A stretch of DNA of 64,000 nt. Origin: Zygnema circumcarinatum SAG 698-1b (taxonomy: Eukaryota > Plantae > Zygnematophyceae). Position 1 is the stretch's first letter. Each line of letters begins with the position of its first letter. A program made the translations under genes and the position numbers. The notes beneath the pieces are model-generated. The model saw only the letters and a program-made list of their open reading frames with translations, did not search any database and was not told where the DNA came from. The stretch lies in NCBI GenBank assembly GCA_037447605.1, contig CM074812.1, forward strand, positions 1 to 64,000. The letters are read 5' to 3'. This document shows, in pieces, positions 1 to 16,953 of this stretch.

Positions 1-320
1 CTAAAACCCTTTTATTGACCGTCGTTGTGTGCTGAGCTGTTTGGGACTTTGAGCTACCAAAGTATGGTGCATCTGCACTGCACTATAACTGCAGCGGTTC
101 CTCAAAGTTATGTGCTACATTTGGGACCTTCCATATTCCATGTGTTCAAAACAAATATATATCCTTCGACGGCACACTATATCATATGGTTGACATGTTA
201 TAGGGATTTGTAGTCCTTCCATGGCGATGGTTCAAAATCAATTAAAGGACGAACTTTTAGAGTTCCGTGCGCTGCAGAAGAGGCCGAACGGCCTTCTTCA
301 CATCCTTTACACTTTGGATT

Positions 321-474
321 TTAGTCAGTCAGCGACTGGTGCAAATGGTCAGCCACGAAGCCTCGACCAGATGGTTAACCATATGGTCGAGGATTTTCGC
401 ACGCCTTGGCTGACTTTAGTCAGTCACCGCCTCGAGCAAATGGTTAACCACAAAGCCTCGACCAGATGGTTACC
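321..474. repeat. Imperfect ~95-bp direct duplication containing a 32-bp near-perfect palindrome
   Basis: ttagtcagtc...gcaaatggt...aagcctcgaccagatggtta occurs at 321-379 and again at 416-474. 361-392 (cctcgaccagatggttaaccatatggtcgagg) is self-complementary with one mismatch. Confidence 0.75.
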
Positions 475-1198
475 TTAAAAACCCTAAAACCTCTTTAGTG
501 ATTGGTCGCTTGGGTTGCCGCAGACTCTTATTGGTTTCTGATATTTGCGATGATGTTTGAATTCTGTCGAACTGTGCTGAATCATTACCAGCTCATTAGC
601 TTCAAAATGTTTCCAACAATATTTTGATAGGGATTCCGACAGGAAAAAGGTTTCAAATTTGATTATCTCACTAATTGTGACAGTTATCAGCAGAATTACA
701 CACAGATACGTTAGGGGAAAATGGCAACCGAACACATTTATTTGAACTTTAGAAGCTATTACATGACCAATTTGAGAGGAAAATGAAGAGCGCATGCACT
801 GGAGCAAAGCAACACGCCGCGCCGCAGTCTCCCTCCCTACCTCCCTGGCTCCACGCTCTCGGGTTGGCGGTGGTGGTGGTTCGGTGTGCGGAGCGAGGAC
901 GGGGATCATCCAACCGGCCACTGCGACCTGTCGGCACTCGGCTCCAAGGCTCACTGCTGTCTGCAAGCCCTCCGAAGTCCTCATGTCTAAGAGCAGCCAA
1001 AAATCGTTGACAGTTCTCCTACCTTTCCTCTTTCGTATTTGACAATAGGCGCATCAGAACCGTACACTTGCCCAGGTTGTTGTAACTGTGCAGCATCGAA
1101 ATCCTCGAGCGCCACAGTTTCGGGGTTTGGAAGCAGAACCCTTCGGTGTAAGGGGGTTCAGAAAAATTCTATAATGAACTCGACTTGAAAATAAAAAA

Positions 1199-1276
1199 GG
1201 GGGGGGAGGGAGGCAGGGAGGGATGGAGGGAGGGAGGGAGGGAGGAAAGGAGGATGGGAGGGGGGGGGGCGGGGGG
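1199..1276. repeat. G/A-rich low-complexity tract just downstream of the NRPS stop
   Basis: Runs of GGGA/GGAG and poly-G read directly from the sequence. Confidence 0.85.
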
Positions 1277-1302
1277 CTGGGCTGCACAGCTGGACATCTT
1301 GA

Positions 1303-4300
1303 TCATGAGTCGTCGGGGAGGGGCCTGGCAGCAGCACGGACGACATTGCAGTATTGAAACATCATGGCCTCCATCGTGGGCCGGTCGATGATGTCGGCTT
1401 GGTAGACCAGCCGCCCTCTCAGGCTCCCGTCCTGCTGCTCTCGCAGAATCAAACAGACGGGCGTCAGAGCCGCCTCGCCTTCCCGTGCCCACGATGCAGT
1501 CAGGTCGTATTCGGTGTGCGCCTCGCCCAGGTTGAAGCTATGTGGACTCGAATTTGTACCCGGCTGTAAAAAGTTGAAATAAGCTTGAATTAAATTAGAC
1601 TTGGCAAATTCTGGCCTCGTCAGAACCTCGCTCACAATGTGGCGGAGTGTGACAGATTGATTCTCCAGCGCTTCAAGCACCCTCTCTTTGACTTGATGGA
1701 GGACGTCCTTGAACGACAAACCCATTGCAGCATCTTTCGAGGGGTCAACGGCAGCTCGCAGAGTTGATGCAGTCTCCAACTGAGAATCGGACATAGGCTT
1801 GAAGTCAGCCACGATGGGCATGACGTCAGCCACATGCCCCAGCATCCCCTGATGCTCCCCCAGCGGCCTCCGTGCCATGAGTGTCCCCACAACAATGCGC
1901 CTCTGATTGCTCCAAATGTGAAGCAACGAATGGAAGGCAGCGAGCGCAGCCATGTTCAGGGTGGCCCCCACGCCGTGCGCCACTGCCTCGAGGGCGGACC
2001 TCACGTCCGAGTCGAGTGAGAAATCCAACCAGGCCCCTCTGCTGGGGATGGCCCCGCCGGTCTTGGGAGGGTGGGTGGCCTGTAGGCGCAGAGGCTCAGG
2101 GTTCCTTCCGATGGTTTTCACCCAATAGGCGAGCTCCGCCTTCTCTGCCCCACCGGCCAGCCACTCCTTCTCCCACGCCACATAGTCCGCATAGGTGGCA
2201 GCCGCTGGAAGGTTGTCGGTGGTCCCTGTACGATACACATGCTCCAGTTCTCTATAGAAAACTGCAGCTGAGATGCCGTCAAATATCAAATGGTTGAACA
2301 CGCACACAAGAAACACCTCGCCCTGGCACCCTCTAATCAGAGTCACTCTGAAAAGGAGCCCTTGTGCCGCCTTCATGTCGAACGGCCTCCTGGCAAAGTC
2401 TAGAGCTCGTCTCAGTTCCCATTTCTGCTCGTAGGGCGTTTTAGCGTGTGTGACATCCGCAGAGGCCAAGGTGAATGGAACAATTGTGTAGTCTTGGTCG
2501 ATCTGATCCACACATTTCGGCACAATCTTATGCATGTTGCGCAGGAAGACAGGCCCAAGAAATCCGGCTGCCATGGAGGCCACCCGCGCCCCCCCCGCGC
2601 TGCCCCCTCCTGGCGGCGGCCTTGCGGCCCACCGGTTGAGCACCGCCGCCATGACGGTGGACCCCACCCCGCCGTGCTCCGCCGAGAACCGCATTCTCAG
2701 GGCCTGGTGGCGCCGCTGCAGCTGCTGGACGGCGTCCTCCAGCCTGCGGGGGTCGATTGTGCCCTGCAATACGCTCGGCGGATACTTTACATCATCGCAC
2801 TGCTGCAAACCTTCGTGTGTTCGAAATTCTACTGACAGAGTTTGCGCAGGACAAAACCGCGAGATGATGGAGAATGAAGTCGGAAAAAAAATCATGGGAA
2901 GTCTCTCTAGCTGTAAAAAGCTGCGACTTTATGTTGCATGCTGAGCAATCCCTAGCCAACTTCAACACTCACGCAACTCACCCAGCCATCCACGTTACGT
3001 GCTTCACAAATGACAAGGTTTGAATGAGCACGCCCGTTTTTGTTGGCTCTGAAACTCTCCCACCACTCAGCTTTTTACGGTCTATATTCCCTTGTAAGAG
3101 GCAGAGAAACATACCTGCACTTTCCATACGTCGGAAATGTCCACCACCTCTGGATTGGGCAGAGTATGGGTCACCACCCACATGACTTCCTGCGCATGGG
3201 AGAGAGGGACATGCATGGCGACATGGTGGTGCGCTGTCACAGGCTCCTTCTCTTCCTCCTCCTCCCCGCCCAGATAGAGCTGCAGACCGACGCTGCCGCG
3301 CAGCGTGGCCCCTTCGCCGGCGTGCACGTGGAGGCCGTTGGAGACCTGCGCCTCCGCCGGACTGCTCTCCTTGAGCATCGCGCTGAGGCTGTACACGCGC
3401 TGCTGCCGCCTCTGCAGGTGCGCCTGCACGAGCTTCTGCTGTTGCCCGTCGCGGGTCAAGAAGGTTTCCTTCTGTTTCTGCTTCAGGATCTCTGCAACGG
3501 CTTCCGCGGTCGGCCTCTCAAAGAACTGCCGAATGGTGATGGAGGAGGGGGGCAGCGCGAATGCTTGGTGCAGATGCGCCACCGCTTGCGACGACAAAAA
3601 CGAATTGCCCCCAAGAGCAAAGAAATTGGAGTTTCGGAACACCTCTGAACCGTCCTTCAGCCCTAGCACGGTCGAGAAAACATGAGCCACCATGCGTTCC
3701 TCCTCGTTGATGCACTGCGCACCCTCCTCGGATGACCCAAAGCCTGACTGAAAGTTCTCCAGCGAGGGTTGGGGGAGCCGCTGCCTGTCCACCTTTCCCG
3801 AGCTGCGAATGGGCGAAAACATCAACATTGTCTCAGTTGTTTGTGAATCCCGCTATCCCTGTAGAGTGAGACATCTTCGTTTGGCCATCATGCGATGCGT
3901 CACATAGGCCGCACAGTCCGTTACCGGGCAGCTCGGCTCCAAAATAAGGGCCTCGACCAACAGTTGCGTCATTCGTGCAGTCTTAGATGGCATTGCTCAT
4001 CCACATCCCAAAGCTTGAAAAGGAGGCAGTTTTGTCAAGCCTCTGTGACAGGAATATGGTTGAACTGTGCCCTTTTTGACAGAGACCAAACAAGAAGGAC
4101 TCATTCAATCTGGACACGACAGGCTTGCTTTCGTACGACCTAACGTAAGGCAATGCACTCCTCTAACAGGCCCTGCACTCACACGGTGAGGGGCAGCTGG
4201 TCCATGAGCACATAGGCGGCGGGCATCATGTAGCTCGGTAGCTGTGCAGCTGCCACGGCCTGCACCTTTTGCAGAAGGCCTTCCCTGCTGAAGGAGCTGT

Positions 4301-7300
4301 GGGACATCATATAGGCTGCGAGGTAGGGCCGGCCAGGCTCATCCTCGCGCAAGATGACAACACATCGCGCCACGCCATCCACGCTGCTGATGTGCTTTTC
4401 AATCTCACCAGGCTCGACGCGATTGCCTCTAATTTTGATCTGCAGCAAAGACAAATGCGCATTTCTGACACATAATGAGCTTCCCTCCAGCAAGCACAGC
4501 CCAAAAGACAAACAGACTTCAGACAAAAGGATTAGCACCAAACCCGCACCAGAAATAGTCCAAAATTGCCTTGATGCACGTTCGTTTCTTCATTCAGGAA
4601 TACACTCTCGAACAAGTGTTCTACCAGTACATTATTGCGCACCTAAAGATAGGTACAAAAACAAGAATACGCAACCTTCATATTATTGACAACGAGTCTG
4701 GAGATCCGACTGGCTACTGCCAGTGTCTTGAGGCACGGGCAGGTGCACCTGAAAATCCACTCTTCCCAAGAATTGGACATTCCCGTCCTGCAGCCATCTG
4801 CCTCTGTCTCCTGTTTTGTAGACCACTCGGTCATGCCGACCAGTGCTGTACGGATTGGGCCTAAACGACCGAGAAGTCAAATCTGGTCGTTTCAGGTATC
4901 CCCGAGCCACGTGAATTCCAGAGATGCAAATCTCACCGGGAACTCCAATGGGCAGCAACTCCAAGTTGGGTCCTAAAACGTAAACCTGTGACCAAGAAAA
5001 GGAGCAAGCACCAATTTTGGCGGTTCGGTTTGGATGGAAGCAAGTTGAACTCCAAACGCTTTCGAGACTTTCAAAAGCGAACAGGCAAAGCGATGTGATG
5101 GTCCCCAGCAGAAGCAATCCCTAGAAAAACGAAATGAATCAGGGTAGACTTTCATCTTCAAGTCTCAAGAGTCACTAGCAGGGAGCGAACAACTCCAGGG
5201 CTGATGGTAGGCAGGCATGATTTTACAAAGAGTATGATTCGATATCCGCTTACAGGGAAGCAGAGTAGTGGTTACAATATGCTGTGGGTTTCGTAAAGTC
5301 TGGGTGTTAAATGAAGCTTATGGGAGCGAGTAACGCGAGGTGCTACAGTATGTAGTCCCTTACATGAGCGCCATCCAGCGGCCGTCCGATATGGTCGGCC
5401 ACGTCATCGGCCGGCCGCCACAGCTGGCAGGTCACTGCAATGGCGCACTCGGTCGGGCCGTAATGCTCGATGACAGTGCGGCCTGCGCAGGGAAGAGCCC
5501 TCTGCTGCTGTCTGTCAGCCGCTCTTCAGAAGGGCCACTGGACTACACATCACGCATCCTTTCATTCGGCGTGTAATCATAAAAAACATTGTTGCGCATT
5601 AGATGAAGACCCGCAATGAACAGAAACCGACTTCACTGCAGTTGAGCAAACATGTTGGACATTACCTGCATTTATCCATTTCTTCAAAAGAACTCGCGGA
5701 ACCGTCTCGCCAGCAAGTGCCAGCCATCTCAGCGAAGGCACATCGTCGGGGTTCAGCAGCGAAGCAACTGTTGGAGTCAGGACCACTCCAGTCACTTGAT
5801 GATGTCGAATAAATCCTTGCAAATCTGTTAACAACTCATCCTTGCTGCAGATTACCAATGTCCCTCCGGCGTCGAAAGTGCAATAGACATCCATAGCATG
5901 CAAATCAAAGGTCATTGCAGAGAGCTGTCCGCGAATGTCAGGGGTTTCGCGTGGAAATACATCGCGAAAAGCATTAACCAAGTTCCGCACTCCTTGATGC
6001 TCCGCAACCACTCCCCTGCCAGAGGAAAGGAAGATCCAGATGCGGCCCGATTGATGAGTGGATGGATGCCCTTTCTCAAAGAAAGAGATCGAACTAAAGA
6101 AAATGAACGACCACAAAGTGACAAGGCCAGAAATATCCGTTGAACTGTGCAAAGCGCACTATACAGACGTAGAGCAAACGTGTTCCATATCTTTCTCTCA
6201 CATACATTAGTCAAAAGGACTGGCACTCCCACTGCCACAATGAGTTTCCTCAGAGCAGCACAGTGCCAGGATGATGAAGGAAAAACAGTGACTGAAGCAG
6301 CTCAACGGCACACCCGCCTGCTGCCAAAGTAGTGACTGAGTCCTTACTTTGGTTCCCCGGTTGAGCCACTAGTAAATAGGACATAACAAACGTCAGAGCC
6401 GGACGGTCTCCTTTCCTCAAGTATCTTCATATCCACACTGTTGCCCTTCTGATCCTCCACGAGCAACACTCGAGCTTTGCCTTCACTTTCCAGCCAGCTG
6501 AACTGATGGATGCTATCGACCGTAGAAAAGATAACCTTCAGCCCTGCCTGGTCCACCAGTTTTTCAATACGAGCCCTGGGGAATGCTGGATCCAGTGGGC
6601 AGTAGCCCATGCCAGCCATAAGCACCCCTGCCATAGCTACGACCCATTCGTGGCCTCTTTCTAATCCTAACCCTATCAGCTCCGGCTGGTCAGTTGGCAA
6701 ACTCTGATTTTTCGCACCACATGTTGTGAAGAGTGCAGAAGCAACCTCTCGTGCTCGGTTATACAGCTCCAAGTATGTCAATGAGCGCCTGCTATCGATC
6801 ACAGCAACAGCATCCGGGTTCCTTCGCGCTTGTCGTTCCAAAATGTCAACCAAGGTATCACCGTGCGCTTGCCTGTCAGAAGCTGTCGGCACAGCGCGCT
6901 TGCTGAACCGGTCTAGCACTGCTAGCTTCTCTTGTTCGGTCAGCAACGGCAGCAGGTAAATGGGCATCTCTGCAGCTCCTGACACTTTCAGAGATTCCAA
7001 CATATGAACATAGTTATGTGCGAGGCGAGTCATGGATTCTTCGTCGTACAACTCTGATTTATACTCAAATTGAGTGCTAATAGAGCCATCTCTGCCAGGG
7101 GAAAGGCGTAAAAATATTTCGAACCGTTGTCTGTCTGTCTCTCGTCGTGACGCACTCGCTGGAGAACCGCAAAATTCAAAACCAGCACTGCAGGAGTTTT
7201 CTGCAGGATCAACAGCTCCAGGAAATGCAGCTTCTACACGAGCCAGAACTTGTGAGAAAGTGACGCTCTTTTCTGACTTCACGTCATCGTGCTGGACGCT

Positions 7301-7684
7301 TCCATTGACAGGGTTCCCATTACTTTCACGGGCGGCGGAGTCGCAATGAAAGCTCACAGTGATGCTTGCTATGGTATTCTCCGCTTCCGCAGAAGGAGCG
7401 CTTCGCCCGTCACCCTGTGCGTGGATCACACCGTTCTGATCCGCTCTTCGCGGCTTCCCACTCGGTAGCCCTACTTTGACGGAACCAGTAGTAGGGTTGT
7501 ACCGATACAGCAAACAGTGATAGGCTGCTAAAAAAACAGATACCAACTTAGCATCTGCAAATTGTGGTCCAGTACTTATCGCAGTAACCGTTGCCTCCTT
7601 CAGCTTGCAGGATACCAAGCCTGGCGCCCTCTCTTGCTCTGAGTCAGAGACGCAAGTAGGCGGCGGAAGCTCCAGGATCCCCAT
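1303..7684 (-). CDS. Non-ribosomal peptide synthetase, single module: truncated C (C-lobe only) - A - T(PCP) - terminal C; 7 coding exons, 1482 aa
   Basis: Exons 7684-6348, 6015-5666, 5482-5364, 4985-4749, 4439-4183, 3802-3115 and 2763-1303 all have GT-AG boundaries and sum to 4449 nt in frame. A-domain cores: LTYLEL, YVLFTSGSTGEPKG, TFD, HYGPTE, GEICISG...ARGY, YKTGDRGRW, GRVDFQIKIRGNRVEPGEIE, LPSYMMP, LPLTVSGKVDR. T domain: FFALGGNS (Ser at 3603-3601). C domain: LSHAQ..W, RHQALRMRF, RPFD, NHLIFDG (2295-2275), LAYW, FHSLL..W...IVVG. An in-frame TAA lies just upstream of the ATG at 7684. Confidence 0.95.
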
Positions 7685-7699
7685 CCCCTGCTCACAGCT

Positions 7700-8358
7700 C
7701 AAACCTTACCCTTCCCGCGACACCTGCACTCGTTTCCCAAAGGGAATATTCAGGTGCACGAGCTAAGAAAGACAGGTTTCACCAAGAGAGGAACAAAGAG
7801 ATGCGAGAGCGCGCGCACTAATCCGCACAGCAGACGCTCCGCCGGTCTTGAAACGGAGACGGAGGAGCAACGCAGGGCAGGCTGGCGCGCGCGCGGTTCC
7901 AAGCTTGCGAGAGGAAGGGAGAGGATCAGGCCCTGGCCCCGGCCCCGGCCCCGGCCTGCGGCGCGAGAGGAGGGCGAGGGCGCGCGTCCATGGCCGTCGG
8001 TCTCCTCCTCACTGTGCGTGCGTGCCTGCGTGCGAGCGTACCCGGCGCGGTCCTTCCGCGCGCCTTCCGCCGCCCGGCCTGCTCGTTCCTTCCTTCCAGG
8101 CCTGCCCGCTCGCCGGGGCAGCGCCGAAAGGGTTGCCGCAGGCCCGCGACGGCGGCCGGGCAGGGCTCCCGAAACCTTTTCGTCTACCCGCGCTTCGCCA
8201 AACAGTCCCTCGGGGCGCCACGCGGACGCTACGTGGCGGCCGGGCCGACGCGGAGGCCGCACCGTACCGTACGTCGGCCCTCTCTCCCTCGACCCGTCCG
8301 AGCGGGGACAGAGAGAGGGAGCGGGAGCGGGAGCGGGAGCGGGAGCGTGTAGAGAGCC
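7700..8358. promoter_or_regulatory. GC/CpG-rich bidirectional promoter and 5'UTR region shared by NRPS (-) and CPQ (+)
   Basis: GC-rich island between divergent genes, with tandem CCGTAC at 8262-8272 and (GGGAGC)n at 8317-8346. Every other gene start in the window also lies in or beside a similar island. Confidence 0.6.
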
Positions 8359-8703
8359 ATGGCGCCGCAGCTGGCGCTGCTCCTGTCAGAGGGCGGCGCG
8401 CCGCTCTATGCGGGTGCGCCGATCCTGCCGGGCCGCTTTCCTTCCGACGCCGAGGGCCTCGTACGCCACATCACGGTGCGCACGGCAGATATTTCAGTAA
8501 ACCATAAGCATTACGCCCCTCAATCAAACATATAATCCTTAAGTCCCAAAATATATCAATTATTATATTCTGTAAGAGGCCAAAGGGACGGAGCAAAAAC
8601 CTAAAGATCCGTCACATTTTCACAAAGAGTGAAAGCGGCCGAGGTGTGTGCTGTGAATTTCCGAACCGAGGAACCTCTCTTACTCCAGACTGTTGCTATA
8701 TAA
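8359..8703 (+). other. Candidate spliced uORF (43 codons) in the CPQ 5' leader
   Basis: ATG at 8359 (gccATGG) encodes MAPQLALLLSEGGAPLYAGAPILPGRFPSDAEGLVRHIT. A gtgcgc donor at 8476 joined to the cag acceptor at 8688 adds TVAI and TAA (8701-8703), 8 nt before the CPQ ATG at 8712. Confidence 0.4.
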
Positions 8704-8711
8704 AATTTGGC

Positions 8712-15403
<6,692 letters not shown>

Positions 15404-15930
15404 CCTGATTTAGTTGTGGCATTGCGAGCTTGCAATTAATAATTAGAAATTTGCATTGAAACATTTCTTCATACGTAGTACATTTGTACATGGATATTTT
15501 TTGTTGCTGTTCAAGTAAAAATTATATCACAACTTGTTCATTCAAATATACTTCCGTTAACAGTCGATTTGCAGTTGCATAGAAAAAGATATGAGGAAAT
15601 TCCCTCACTCTCTCTTGATACCTCCTCCCTCACCCCTCGCATACTGTAAGCTAATCACAGCGATCCGATGTACGTAGACAGCCAGAGCCAGCGCCCGCCC
15701 AACAGCCTCGAGCAGAGGGCAACACGGAAACGCTAAAGCAAGCCCCTCTCGAGTCCTTCTTATGTACATGACAATATTGTGTCAAAAAATCGACGACGCG
15801 GTCAAATAAAGAAAAAAGGGGGCGGCGTTCCGAAACCTCCAGATCGGCAACCTCCATGCCATGCCATCCCCAGGTCTGGGAGGCAAGAGTCCCACTTTCA
15901 AAAAGATAAGGCCTGCATGCTCGCCTGCCT

Positions 15931-16953
15931 TCAGGAGTAGCCGCGGGAAGCAGAGTCCGAGGAGGGCTGCGTCTCCTTCCCCTCCTTGCGCGCCCGCCCC
16001 TCGCCCTCCTCCTCCTGCCAGTAGCCGGGCGGACTGTCGGACTCGTCCGCGACCTTGCCGTTGGCGGCCATGCGGAGCTGCTGGCGGAGGATGAGCTGCC
16101 GCGTGTCCACCTCCCGCGCGAGGCTGCGCGCCTCCACGCGCGCCGCAGCCGTGCTCCGCGCGCCCCTCCCGCTTCCGCCCGCGGCCCCGCCCCCCCCGCC
16201 CCCGCCCCCGCCCTCGCCCTCGGCCTCGCCCTCGCCCTGCGGCCCCCTCACGCTGCTGCTCGCGGAGGCCGCCCACCGCCGGGCTGCCCCACAAACCTGC
16301 ACCTGCCGGCCCCTCCTCGCCTGTCATGTCATGCCGGACATGGAACCTAGAAAAGAGCATGACAAGAAAAATTGTGACCAAGATAAATTACGTGTGTGGC
16401 GCATTCGACACTCTGCAGGCTGCCCAGCCATCGCTTTTTCTACGGAGCAGCGCAGTGAACATCCATTGCGGCCGACTAAGGAAAGGAAAGCGAAAATTTT
16501 CAAAGAAATCAGAGAAAGACATTTGTTTCATTGCGCTCTAGGAATAAAGAATCCCTGTAATTCTCCACGAGTTGAATAGCAGCAAACGAACAACAGCATG
16601 ATTCGCCCAAAAAGGAGGCGGTTACTCACGGAAAGAGCAAACACCGAACCATCTGTTTTTCTCTGCCAACTGCGCTACAGTCGAACAGAACACAGTTTTA
16701 CATTTCGAAAGAAGAGAATGAACAGAGTGCAGCGTCCCCGCCAGAGCCTACTCCGCGTGCAGAGCGGCGCCTGTAAAGCAGTGCTCACCACTGTCAGTCG
16801 CAGCCCACTCGACGGGGGGACGCCAAGTCCTCCAAGCGCCTCTCGCAGGCGCCATAGCCGGCCTCCCCGCACCGCCGCCCGCCCCTCTGCCGCGCCGCCG
16901 CCCTCAGGCCGCGCCCGCCCCCCCGCGAAGCACCGCGCGGCCGCCCTCCGCAT
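15931..16953 (-). CDS. Orphan protein of ~190 aa, Gly/Ala/Arg-rich, possibly mitochondrion-targeted; 3 exons
   Basis: ATG at 16953 (gccATG) begins MRRAAARCFAGG.... Exons 16953-16789, 16662-16630 (33 nt) and 16302 (or 16296)-15931 join in phase 0 with gtgagc/gtgagt donors. No recognisable domain; the 3' end is uncertain. Confidence 0.45.

Noticed and set aside
1303-7702. NRPS as bacterial or fungal contamination, or as a mycosporine MysE-type enzyme
   Set aside because: Six host-style spliceosomal introns and continuity with plant-type genes argue against contamination. MysE-type enzymes end in a thioesterase, which is absent here.
7685-7702. ORF-track start MSCEQG at 7702
   Set aside because: It is a TTG codon. 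The first ATG in frame is at 7684.
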